A DNA stretch of 58,716 nucleotides from Clostridia bacterium (lineage in GTDB: Bacteria; Bacillota; Dehalobacteriia; UBA7702): NCBI GenBank assembly GCA_051866595.1, contig JBJDXI010000054.1:1-58716 (forward strand), in the 5' to 3' direction. Below, piece after piece: positions 46,296-54,954 of this stretch. Positions within the stretch are counted from its first letter, which is position 1. Every line of letters begins with the position of its first letter. Both the position numbers and the translations under genes were made by a program. The notes beneath the pieces are model-generated. The model was not told the DNA's origin, ran no database searches, and saw only the letters and a list, made by a program, of their open reading frames with translations.

Positions 46296-47519
46296 TTACA
46301 ATGAGCTTACAGACCGCGGAAGCTGAACGATAAACCGGCTCCCTCCTTCGGAAACGGAACCCACCGAAACGGAGCCGCCGCTGTCCTCCAGAATTTTCCG
46401 GGAGAGATAAAGTCCCACGCCGGAACCATCCTGATTCCGGACAACTTCATGACGGCCGCGGTAAAAACGCTGAAAGATTTTGTTTTTCTCCTCCCTGGAA
46501 ATACCGATTCCCTGATCCTCAATCTCTATGCGGACAAAGCTGTACAGCTTATGCACCCGGATCAGAACCGGCGTATGCTCCGGACTATATTTCACCGCGT
46601 TATCCAGAATATTGGAAATAGCTTCCGGCACCCATTTTTTATCCAGACAGAGTTTTTCATCGGTAAATTCTTCCGTAATGATTTCCATATTCTTTTCCGA
46701 GGCCTTCGGATAAACGGTATTCACGGCGCTGATGAGGAGTTCCACCAGAGATACAGTTTCCGGCTGTAGCGTAATCATTTTACTTTCCAGCCTTGAAATT
46801 TGAATCAGGGAGGCGGAAAGAGATTCCAGTTTCCCGATCTGAAGACGGCACCTCCCCAGAAACTCCTCTTTTTCCGACGGCGAAGAACTTTCCATGGCCA
46901 TGGAAAAACAGGATTTCAAAGCGCTGATAGGTGTTTTGAGCTGATGAGAAATATCTGTCACCAAGGTTTTGGTGGCGTCGCGCTCCTCGTTCAGACGCTC
47001 TGTTTTCCATTGGAGTTTATGAGAGAGTTTCTGAATCGTATCGGCAAAATGGTCGTTTTTCAGTTTTTTAAAATCACTGTCTTCGGGAAAAGCGTCGGTG
47101 AGGCATCCGTCCAGAAGAAATAAAATCTGGTTTTCCTGGGCCTCTCTTTGCTTTTTCAAACGCCACAAAAAGAAACAGCCGGCAAAGCTGAGAATAAAAA
47201 ACGACAGCGACGACAACAAAACCAACCGATACAGGGAATACTCATATCGGGAAGCATCCCAAAAAGAAACGGTGTCGTGATAACCGTAAGGAACCATCAG
47301 TTCTTCCCCGTGGGCCTTTGCCTTGGGATCGTCTTTTTCCAAGGAAGACATCAGCACCTCTTCCGCTTCGGGATATTCGGCAATCACACTGCCGATAAGC
47401 TGTTTAACTGTGTCCATTTCACGCTCATAGACATCGGATATCAGGGAAAAACCCAACACCGCGAAAGCCGCGGTCCATATCAAATTGATTCCTATCAGGA
47501 TTACAACATTACGTTTCAT
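46296..47519 (-). CDS. sensor histidine kinase (HisKA + HATPase_c, two TM)
   Basis: TM1 spans about residues 5-26 and TM2 is LVLLSSLSFFILSFAGCFFLW, with a loop of about 70 aa between them. The H-box is ISHQLKTPISAL, with N, G1 and G2 boxes (NAVKY, DQGIGI, GSGVGL). Start set at ATG 47519, forming an ATGA overlap with the regulator stop. Confidence 0.88.
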   Translation of the reverse strand: MKRNVVILIGINLIWTAAFAVLGFSLISDVYEREMDTVKQLIGSVIAEYPEAEEVLMSSLEKDDPKAKAHGEELMVPYGYHDTVSFWDASRYEYSLYRLVLLSSLSFFILSFAGCFFLWRLKKQREAQENQILFLLDGCLTDAFPEDSDFKKLKNDHFADTIQKLSHKLQWKTERLNEERDATKTLVTDISHQLKTPISALKSCFSMAMESSSPSEKEEFLGRCRLQIGKLESLSASLIQISRLESKMITLQPETVSLVELLISAVNTVYPKASEKNMEIITEEFTDEKLCLDKKWVPEAISNILDNAVKYSPEHTPVLIRVHKLYSFVRIEIEDQGIGISREEKNKIFQRFYRGRHEVVRNQDGSGVGLYLSRKILEDSGGSVSVGSVSEGGSRFIVQLPRSVSSL

Positions 47520-48208
47520 CTTTTCACACATTCCTCATCCCAGATATAGCCCAGACCCCGGATATTCTTGATCCGAACCGGTTTCGATGGATCCTCTTCC
47601 ATTTTTTCACGGAGGCGACGGATATTTACGGCAAGCGTATTGTCATCGACAAAATCACCGTCAATGTCCCAGAGAGATTCCAACAGCTGATTTTTCGATA
47701 AGACCTTCCTCGGATTCTCCATGAAATAAATCAGAAGCTTCTGTTCTTTGGCGGTGAGATTGAGATATTCACCGTCTTTCATCACCCTGTTTTCAGCCAG
47801 CAAATAAACGATGGAGCCGGAAACAAGGCTTTCCGGCGATTCGGGACGGATACGCTTTGACAGAACACGAACTTTGGAAACAAGCACATCCAGGGAAAAG
47901 GGTTTTGTCATATAATCATCGGCGCCGGCTTTGTAGCCCCGGAGTATATCCCCTTCCGTATCCAGCGCCGTCAAGAACAGAAAGATTACATCGCTTTCCG
48001 CCCGAACTCTGCGGCAAAAATCCATCCCGTTTCCGTCAGGGAGACCCACATCACAGATGACCAGATCCATCTTTTCCGTCCGGTTCAGCGACAACGCTTG
48101 CCCTTCGGAAAAAGCGGAATATACGACATACCCTTCCTTTTCGAGCTTCCGACGTATGGCGTGATTCAAACTTTCATCGTCTTCCACGAGCAATAAGTTC
48201 ATACTCAC
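47516..48208 (-). CDS. OmpR/PhoB-family response regulator
   Basis: 230 aa. The receiver domain has LLVEDD, the phospho-acceptor context DLVICDVGLPDG and the KPF motif. A C-terminal winged-helix (Trans_reg_C) ends in RGLGY. Confidence 0.92.
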   Translation of the reverse strand: MSMNLLLVEDDESLNHAIRRKLEKEGYVVYSAFSEGQALSLNRTEKMDLVICDVGLPDGNGMDFCRRVRAESDVIFLFLTALDTEGDILRGYKAGADDYMTKPFSLDVLVSKVRVLSKRIRPESPESLVSGSIVYLLAENRVMKDGEYLNLTAKEQKLLIYFMENPRKVLSKNQLLESLWDIDGDFVDDNTLAVNIRRLREKMEEDPSKPVRIKNIRGLGYIWDEECVKR

Positions 48209-48225
48209 ATCTCCTTTGTCTTTCC

Positions 48226-48254
48226 ATCATATCGAAAGGCCGCGCCTTTGTCAA
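48226..48254 (-). promoter_or_regulatory. sigma-A promoter of the two-component/ABC cassette
   Basis: Minus strand reads TTGACA (48254-48249), a 17-nt spacer, then TATGAT (48231-48226). AAAGGAG lies before the regulator ATG. Confidence 0.65.
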
Positions 48255-48294
48255 CAGATCAAGATATAGAGAGACACGTTTATCAAAGGAAACA

Positions 48295-48326
48295 TAAAAA
48301 AACCGCCGGTGTGCTGACCGGCGGTT
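48295..48326 (-). terminator. intrinsic terminator of the EF-G paralog gene
   Basis: Perfect 10-bp stem AACCGCCGGT / ACCGGCGGTT with a 6-nt loop, followed on the minus strand by a U7 tract. Confidence 0.85.
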
Positions 48327-48341
48327 TTAATGTTGCTGAAA

Positions 48342-50378
48342 TTATTCTTTTTCGGCTTTGGCGGCGGCGATGACTTTTTCCGCCAGGTTCTGGGGAAGTT
48401 CTTCATAAGCGTGGAATTCCATGCTGAAGGAGCCTCTGCCCTGAGTCATAGAGCGAAGGTCGATGGCGTAGGTGTACATTTCCGAAAGCGGAGCCTGAGC
48501 ACGGATGCACTGGAGACCGTCTTCTTCGGCTTTCTCCATACCAAGAACACGGCCGCGGCGGGTGTTCATATCGCCCATAATGTCGCCCATGAACTGATCG
48601 GGAACGAGAACTTCCACATCCATCACGGGTTCAAGGAGAATGGGTTTCGCCACTTCGCAGCCTTTTTTGAAGGCCAGGGAAGCCGCGATCTTGAAGGCCA
48701 TTTCCGAGGAGTCCACGGGATGATAGGAACCATCTTTGAGGTTGACTTTGATGTTGGTTACGGGATAACCGGCGAGGATCCCTTCTTCCATGGCTTCACG
48801 GAAGCCTTTTTCAACGGCGGGAATGTAGTTCTTGGGAACGGAACCGCCGAAGATGGTTTCGGTAAATTCAAAGTCGCTGTCGGGGCAGTATTCCATATCA
48901 ACGATGATGTCACCGAACTGACCGTGACCGCCGGACTGTTTCTTATGACGGCCCTGAATATCTCTGGCAGCGCCGCGGATGGTTTCTCTGTAAGGAACTT
49001 TCACCGGTTCTTTTTCAACTTCTACGCTGAATTTCTTGGCAAGACGGTCGATAACGATACCCACATGAGCTTCGCCGAGACCGGTAAGAAGGGTCTGTTT
49101 GGTTTCTTTGTTCTTTTCAAGTTTGAGGGTGGGGTCTTCTTCCAACAGACGAGTCAGAGCGTTGCCGAGTTTATCTTCGTCGGCTTTGGATTTCGGCGCG
49201 ATAGCAATGGTATAAGTGGGAACGGGATATTTGATCCCTTCCAGATTTACGGGGTTGGATTTGGTGCAGAGAGTGTCACCGCTGCCGGCACGGGGCATTT
49301 TGGCCAGCATACCGATATCGCCGGTTTTAAATTCGTTCATGGCGATCTGCGTTTTACCGCACATCGTACCGGAGGAGCTGATCTTTTCATCAACGTCTTT
49401 GGTGCTATTATAGAGGGTACCTTCGGCTTTGAAATTCCCCTGCATCACTTTGAAGAAGCTGATTTTGCCCACATAGGGGTCGGTCATGGTTTTGAATACC
49501 AAATTAGCGAAGGGAGCATCGGCATCAATTTCTTCGGAAGCTTCCAACGGATTGGGAGCATAAGCGCAGATGGCGTCGGTAATCTTGTCAATACCGATAC
49601 CGGTAAGAGCGCCGCAAGCGAAAACGGGAGCCAGTTCGCCGTTTTTGATACCGGCTTTCAGGCCTTTCACGATTTCATCGTGATCCAGTTCCAGAGTATC
49701 GAGATATTTTTCCAGAAGATCATCGTCACCGTTAGCGGCGGCTTCCATCAGCATTTCGCGATAATTTTCAATATCGTCTTCCAGTTCCGCGGGAATATCG
49801 ATTTCCTTGGCTTTGCCTTTTTCATAGGTATAAGCTTTCATTTCCACAATATCCACAACACCGGAGAAAGTTTCACCGGCGCCGATGGGAATCTGAACGG
49901 GAACGATGTCCATAGTAAGAGCGCTTCTCAAAGATTCCAGTGCTTTATCGAAATCGGCGTTTTCTCTGTCCATTCTGTTGACCAGAACGAAACGGGAAGT
50001 TTTTCTTTTGTCCGCTTCTTTCCAGATCAGCTCGGTGCTGACCTGAGCGCCGGAAACAGCGTCGGCAACCATCAGGAGACAATCGGCAATACGCAGAGCG
50101 CCTTTGACGTCGCCATAGAAATCCATAAAGCCGGGAGTATCCAGCAGGTTAATTTTACAATCTTTATGTTCAAATGCCAGCAGAGAGGTGCTGATCGAAA
50201 TTTTCTTTTTCGCTTCTTCGGGGAGATAGTCGGAAACACTGTTTCCTTCGTCCACTTTACCAAGTCTGGAAAGACTGCCGGTATTATAGACCATATATTC
50301 GGCCACTGAAGTTTTGCCGGTACCCTGGTGACCAACGAGGACAACATTTCTGATTTTTTCGGACGGATATACTTTCAT
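48342..50378 (-). CDS. elongation factor G paralog (EF-G2-like translational GTPase)
   Basis: 678 aa with five-domain EF-G architecture. The P-loop is GHQGTGKT, G3 is DTPGFMDF and G4 is NRMD. By eye the N-terminus resembles the Thermus EF-G2 type rather than canonical FusA (AHIDAGKTT / DTPGHVDF). It is monocistronic with its own terminator. Confidence 0.85.
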   Translation of the reverse strand: MKVYPSEKIRNVVLVGHQGTGKTSVAEYMVYNTGSLSRLGKVDEGNSVSDYLPEEAKKKISISTSLLAFEHKDCKINLLDTPGFMDFYGDVKGALRIADCLLMVADAVSGAQVSTELIWKEADKRKTSRFVLVNRMDRENADFDKALESLRSALTMDIVPVQIPIGAGETFSGVVDIVEMKAYTYEKGKAKEIDIPAELEDDIENYREMLMEAAANGDDDLLEKYLDTLELDHDEIVKGLKAGIKNGELAPVFACGALTGIGIDKITDAICAYAPNPLEASEEIDADAPFANLVFKTMTDPYVGKISFFKVMQGNFKAEGTLYNSTKDVDEKISSSGTMCGKTQIAMNEFKTGDIGMLAKMPRAGSGDTLCTKSNPVNLEGIKYPVPTYTIAIAPKSKADEDKLGNALTRLLEEDPTLKLEKNKETKQTLLTGLGEAHVGIVIDRLAKKFSVEVEKEPVKVPYRETIRGAARDIQGRHKKQSGGHGQFGDIIVDMEYCPDSDFEFTETIFGGSVPKNYIPAVEKGFREAMEEGILAGYPVTNIKVNLKDGSYHPVDSSEMAFKIAASLAFKKGCEVAKPILLEPVMDVEVLVPDQFMGDIMGDMNTRRGRVLGMEKAEEDGLQCIRAQAPLSEMYTYAIDLRSMTQGRGSFSMEFHAYEELPQNLAEKVIAAAKAEKE

Positions 50379-50510
50379 TATGAACCTCCTAAGATTAAAT
50401 GCAAACTTCCACCTTATATATTTGATACAAATTCATAAAATCCTTTAATTTCAACAAAAAAAATACGTATAAATTTCATCTTTTTTTCGTAACCTGTATC
50501 GGTGAAATAC

Positions 50511-52043
50511 ATGAAAAAAGAAACCATTTTATACGGCACCGCCGTATTGATCTTTACCAATTCCGCGGTAAAGCTGATGAGCCTGATTTACAGAGGGATC
50601 ATGATCCGCCTGATCGGCGCGGAGGGTCTGGGACTCACCGAACTTATGATGCCCTTTTACTCTTTTTTAATTGTTATCGCGTCTTTGGGGATTCCTCTGG
50701 CGATCTCCAATTTTATCAGCGCGGAAACGGATGAGCAAAAGATTCAGGATATTTTCCACACCGGCGCGGTTCTGCTGGTTCTGAACGGTCTGGCTGTAAC
50801 GTTGCTTACTTTTGGTCTCTTTCCCCTGTTTAAGGACATAATATTTTCCGACAGCCGCGTTCTGCCGGGTTTTCTCGTGCTTATTCCCACGGTCTTTCTG
50901 ATTTCCGCCTTTTCGGCACTGAGAGGATTTTTTCAGGGATCCAGACTCTCCTCCCTCATCGGCAAAAGTCAGGTCGCCGAACAGTTCGCCCGGATGATCG
51001 CCGGGATTCTTCTCATCTCCCTTCTTCTCCGTTCCCGCTGTTCCCTGACAGTTCTCATCGTCGGGTTTTCTTTAGCTTCATTCATCGCGGAGCTTTGCGG
51101 AGGAGCTTATTTACTTCGGAAATATCGAAAAATGCGGTTAAAGAGAAAAGTAACGTTCCAAAAAGATCTCGCAGGAAATATGCTCCGGACGGGAGCACCA
51201 ATCACAATGAGCCGCATTGTGATCTCTCTGACCTCGGCCTTTCAGGCGGTGATCATTCCCCGGATTCTCATTTCCCAGGGAGCTTCCATCGGGGACGCCG
51301 CCACTTTTTACGGCCTTTTCGCCGGTGTGGCCCTTACGGTTCTGCACCTTCCCTCCGTTGTCACGGGAGCACTCACAACGCCGCTGATGCCGGCCATCGC
51401 CGCGGCGAACGGCAGCGGAAACCTCCGTCTGCGCAACGAGCGAATCGGTAAAAGCATTCTTTTCACGAATTTTACGGCATTGCCGATTCTCGCTCTTTTA
51501 TTCTATTATGCCGAAGAAATCTGCGGACTGCTTTTCGCCTCGCCACAGGCCGGATATTACCTTGCCTTTTTATCTCTCGGCGGCATTTTTCTTTATTTAC
51601 AGCAACCCATTATCACCATTTTGCAAGGCATGAATCGGTTTTCACGGCTTTTTGTTCATTACTGCGCCGCGGATTTTTTATATCTTGCCGCCCTGATTTT
51701 TTTCGGCATTTACGGTATATTTTCCATTGAACGCTTTATGGTAATCTTTATCGCCAACGATATATTGATTTTCGCCCTCAATTATATCTATCTGAAACGT
51801 CTGACCCATTTCCGGATTTCCGTATTGAAAACCTATTTCGCTCCGATCCTTGCCGTCGCGGCGGGATTCATCGTCATTTTACCTGCTGAAAAATACATGA
51901 TGCAGACAAATATCACGAATCTATGGTCCATGATACTGTCTGCATTTCTGTTCTTACTTCTTTATTTTTTTACTCTCTACATCAGCGGTGCCCTCGACAA
52001 AGAGCTCATTTCATCGCTTTTATCTCGGCAAAGACGTCGCTGA
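50511..52043 (+). CDS. MOP-superfamily polysaccharide/lipid II flippase (SpoVB/MurJ-like)
   Basis: About 510 aa with 14 predicted TM segments. The N-terminus LIGAEGLGLTELMMPFYSFLIVIASLGIPLAISNFISAE resembles SpoVB. Start set at ATG 50511; GTG 50502 is the alternative. Confidence 0.8.
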   Translation: MKKETILYGTAVLIFTNSAVKLMSLIYRGIMIRLIGAEGLGLTELMMPFYSFLIVIASLGIPLAISNFISAETDEQKIQDIFHTGAVLLVLNGLAVTLLTFGLFPLFKDIIFSDSRVLPGFLVLIPTVFLISAFSALRGFFQGSRLSSLIGKSQVAEQFARMIAGILLISLLLRSRCSLTVLIVGFSLASFIAELCGGAYLLRKYRKMRLKRKVTFQKDLAGNMLRTGAPITMSRIVISLTSAFQAVIIPRILISQGASIGDAATFYGLFAGVALTVLHLPSVVTGALTTPLMPAIAAANGSGNLRLRNERIGKSILFTNFTALPILALLFYYAEEICGLLFASPQAGYYLAFLSLGGIFLYLQQPIITILQGMNRFSRLFVHYCAADFLYLAALIFFGIYGIFSIERFMVIFIANDILIFALNYIYLKRLTHFRISVLKTYFAPILAVAAGFIVILPAEKYMMQTNITNLWSMILSAFLFLLLYFFTLYISGALDKELISSLLSRQRRR

Positions 52044-52794
52044 ATCCCATCATCCGCTCAAACTTTTCCCTGTCCAGATAGTCCAGCTTTAGCGGTGTAA
52101 CGGAAATATAGCCTTCGTGAAGAGCTTCCATATCACTGCCGGGTTCTACAATACGTTTCTTTTGATCACTGCTGTCATAAGCGTGCCAGTAGTAATCACG
52201 GAAAAAAGGGTCTGTCCGCTTTTCCATACATTCCGTTACAAGGTCCGAGGCAATGGTCGTTTTGCGGATTCCTTTCAAATCCGCCAAAGACACCGAGGGG
52301 AAATTGATATTATAGAAAAACGGTTTACCGACCTCTTCTTTCAAGATAGCCGGCATCATTTTTGAAAACATTTTGGCCGTCAAATCAAAATCAGCGTCCA
52401 TAAAGTCCGCGGAAAGCGCGAAAGAAGGGATTCCCCTTGAAGCGCCTTCGTAAGCGGCGGAAACCGTCCCGGAATAAACGATGGATGCGCCGGCGTTATA
52501 ACCCTTATTGATACCGGAAATCAAAAGATCCGGAGGTTCTTCCATGATCTGGCTCAGCGCCATGATAACACAGTCACCGGGGGTTCCCTTTACCGTATAA
52601 ATCTCATAATCCGCTTCGGGAATATAAAATCGGTCAAGATACACCGGATCAAGAAATGTCATGCTATGGCTTTTTCCGCTCTGCTCCGAATCGGGGACGA
52701 CAACGGTCAGATCATGTTCGTCTTTTAACGCACGGATCAGCGCGTGAAGCCCCTTCCCCCGGAATCCGTCGTCATTTACAATCAGTATCTTCAT
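52006..52794 (-). CDS. surE: 5'/3'-nucleotidase SurE
   Basis: 262 aa with the MKILIVNDDGF start, GINKGYN and YSGTVSAA motifs. Confidence 0.93.
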   Translation of the reverse strand: MKILIVNDDGFRGKGLHALIRALKDEHDLTVVVPDSEQSGKSHSMTFLDPVYLDRFYIPEADYEIYTVKGTPGDCVIMALSQIMEEPPDLLISGINKGYNAGASIVYSGTVSAAYEGASRGIPSFALSADFMDADFDLTAKMFSKMMPAILKEEVGKPFFYNINFPSVSLADLKGIRKTTIASDLVTECMEKRTDPFFRDYYWHAYDSSDQKKRIVEPGSDMEALHEGYISVTPLKLDYLDREKFERMMGFSDVFAEIKAMK

Positions 52795-52795
52795 T

Positions 52796-53335
52796 TCAAT
52801 AATCCACCGTTCTGAACAACGTCATATCATCAAAGGGGAAATAGCGCAATATCGCTTTGCCGTCAATATCATCAAAAGTGATATAAGGATAAGACCAGTA
52901 ATGACTGTCGGCGCTGCGGTTCCGATTGTCACCGAAAACGATATAGCTGTTTTCCGGCACCGTCACAGGACCGAAATCGTAATTGGGAATTTCCTCAATA
53001 TAGGGTTCTTCCAGAAACTCACCGTTGATATAAACACCTTCACCGGAGCGGACTTCCACCGTTTCGCCGGGCAAGCCGATAATACGTTTGATAAAGTCTT
53101 TACCCTCATCCATTTCAGCCGGAGGTTCAAAGGTGATAATATCACCCCGTTCCGGTTCCTCAAAAGAATAGGCAAGCTTGAAAATGATGATCCGGTCATT
53201 GGTGTTCAGTGTTGAGGCCATGGATTCCGAAAGGATTTTACAGGAATCGATGATAAAAAACTTCAGGACCGCAGCAATCAGAACTGCCAGAACAAGAGTA
53301 ACAATCAACTCTTTCAGGGCAGAAAGAAACTTCAT
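52796..53335 (-). CDS. lepB: signal peptidase I (S26)
   Basis: 179 aa with an N-terminal TM, catalytic Ser box SESMASTL, Lys box IKRIIGLPGE and GDNRNRSADS. Confidence 0.92.
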   Translation of the reverse strand: MKFLSALKELIVTLVLAVLIAAVLKFFIIDSCKILSESMASTLNTNDRIIIFKLAYSFEEPERGDIITFEPPAEMDEGKDFIKRIIGLPGETVEVRSGEGVYINGEFLEEPYIEEIPNYDFGPVTVPENSYIVFGDNRNRSADSHYWSYPYITFDDIDGKAILRYFPFDDMTLFRTVDY

Positions 53336-53459
53336 ACTTACACCTCGTATATTCTATTGTTGTTTTCCCTTCCTGTTTGGCTTTGGTTCCTCAAAACACG
53401 GTAGCGGCCATTTTCAAACGGAAAACTCTGTTCCGTCTCTTACCGATACCGTTTTTCTT

Positions 53460-54038
53460 TTATTTGCCGTTAATCAGCGCAAAAGCTTCCGAACGGGTCG
53501 CCGCGCTCTTTTTGAAGTTTCCGCGAACCGCGGAAGTAATCGTTTTGGAACCGGGCTTTTTCACACCGCGCATGGTCATGCACATATGCTCCGCCTCAAT
53601 CACAACAAGAACACCCTGAGGATTCAGCCGCGCCATAATGGCATCGGCAATTTCCGTGGTAAGACGTTCCTGTACCTGAGGACGTTTGGCATAGCCTTCC
53701 ACGGTACGGGCGATTTTGGAAAGACCGGTAATGGCCCCTTCTTTTCTTGGAATATAAGCGACGTGAGCCACCCCGTAAAAGGGCATAAAATGATGTTCGC
53801 ACATTGAGTAAACGGGAATATCTTTAATCAACACCATTTCATCATGGTGTTCCGCGGAGAACTGTTTCAGCAGATGCTCACTGGGATCCGCGTGAAGCCC
53901 GGAAAAGATTTCTTCATACATACGGGCAACACGGGAAGGTGTTTCCTTCAATCCTTCACGGTCAACATCTTCACCAATGGCAAGAAGAATTTCTCTGAAA
54001 GCAGCTTCAATTCTGGGCTTATCAATTTTTGTTTCCAT
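53460..54038 (-). CDS. folE: GTP cyclohydrolase I
   Basis: 192 aa with FolE motifs ([22 protein letters not shown]). Confidence 0.95.
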   Translation of the reverse strand: METKIDKPRIEAAFREILLAIGEDVDREGLKETPSRVARMYEEIFSGLHADPSEHLLKQFSAEHHDEMVLIKDIPVYSMCEHHFMPFYGVAHVAYIPRKEGAITGLSKIARTVEGYAKRPQVQERLTTEIADAIMARLNPQGVLVVIEAEHMCMTMRGVKKPGSKTITSAVRGNFKKSAATRSEAFALINGK

Positions 54039-54158
54039 GATTTTAACCTCACAGTAATATTTGATTGAAGTATATCATATTATATTTTATTGTTTTTCTC
54101 TTCAAACGTCAAGCTAAAGAGAGTAAATATTTTATATATTTCTTAAAGGAGGAATGAA

Positions 54159-54518
54159 ATGCACCGGTTTTCCATAAAAAGAACATATTTTTACGCCTAT
54201 TTGATCACCGCCGCCCTCACCTTTTCAATGGCACTGCTTTTTAGCATGGTATTTACTTACATTCCCTTAGCCACGAAAATCCTTACGGTTTTTTCCAACC
54301 TCTGTCTGGGACTTGCCGTTTTTGCCGGGGCGTATTACATCGCGAGATCCACACCGTTTTTTCGCTTCCGCCATATTCTTGTCCTCTCCACCGCGGTTTT
54401 ACTAACCGTTCTCCTCTGCACCGTCTTTTTTGGGGAGCTCAACTCCGGACTGATGATGCAAAAAATGGTTCTTATCGGTGCCGCCGCATTTCTCGGTGAA
54501 ATCTGCGGCAGGATTTAA
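54159..54518 (+). CDS. small integral membrane protein (four predicted TM; possibly the TIGR04086/YrzE-like family)
   Basis: 119 aa with four hydrophobic segments. AAAGGAGG lies 7 nt before the ATG. The family assignment is from memory only. Confidence 0.55.
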   Translation: MHRFSIKRTYFYAYLITAALTFSMALLFSMVFTYIPLATKILTVFSNLCLGLAVFAGAYYIARSTPFFRFRHILVLSTAVLLTVLLCTVFFGELNSGLMMQKMVLIGAAAFLGEICGRI

Positions 54519-54521
54519 TCA

Positions 54522-54704
54522 TCATTTATCACTGTTATTCTTTTCCTGAGACATTGACTCCGACGCTGAAAACAACTTCTTCCGGCGTTTTTTTCTCTCG
54601 CAATAAGGCGGACGTTTCGATGTCTCATGATACGCCCGGCAGGCATCACAATCGCCGTGACGTTCACATTTCTTCTTTTTACAGGGACATTCCATATTCA
54701 ACAT
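54522..54704 (-). CDS. small basic Cys-rich protein (CxC-X5-C-X5-C-X2-C-X12-C)
   Basis: Core sequence is MLNMECPCKKKKCERHGDCDACRAYHETSKRPPYCERKKRRKK. Start set at ATG 54704, with AGGA 7 nt upstream; ATG 54695 is possible. The track GTG start at 54776 lies inside a perfect hairpin. It resembles short clostridial Cys-rich DUF proteins, but I cannot name the family with certainty. Confidence 0.5.
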   Translation of the reverse strand: MLNMECPCKKKKCERHGDCDACRAYHETSKRPPYCERKKRRKKLFSASESMSQEKNNSDK

Positions 54705-54763
54705 TTTCTTTTCCTTTTCAGTCCTACGTCTACCGTCGGACAACACCTGTTTTCTTCGCGTCA

Positions 54764-54799
54764 AGGAGGAGTTCACAAAACACTGTGAACTCCTCCTTT
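54764..54799. repeat. perfect 15-bp inverted repeat (hairpin) containing an SD-like AAGGAGGAG
   Basis: AAGGAGGAGTTCACA-aaacac-TGTGAACTCCTCCTT. It lies about 60 nt upstream of the Cys-rich ORF start. No convincing U-tract follows on the minus strand. Confidence 0.8.
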
Positions 54800-54954
54800 G
54801 AGATTTATGTAATTAATCCGTCTGAAATATTCCTTGAAATCAATGAATGAATTTCCGCAGAATCCGTTTCAGACCCGCGGGCACCTTAAAAAACAAAACG
54901 CGCATAAAACCACCTCAGTTTGATTTTACTTAAATATATGCCCGCAGTCTTAAT

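Noticed and set aside
48330-50309. 659-aa plus-strand ORF antisense to the EF-G paralog
   Set aside because: This is the same codon-aligned shadow-frame effect (48330 and 48342 are both divisible by 3). The product is F/G/H/I-rich with no domain signature, and the sense strand encodes a complete EF-G architecture.
48342-50378. Possibility that the EF-G paralog is a Tet(M)/Tet(O)-type ribosomal protection (resistance) protein
   Set aside because: By eye the N-terminal G domain (GHQGTGKT, DTPGF, NRMD) and the length resemble EF-G2-type paralogs rather than Tet(M) (AHVDAGKTT, DTPGHMDF). No mobile-element context is present. Only a phylogeny can settle it.
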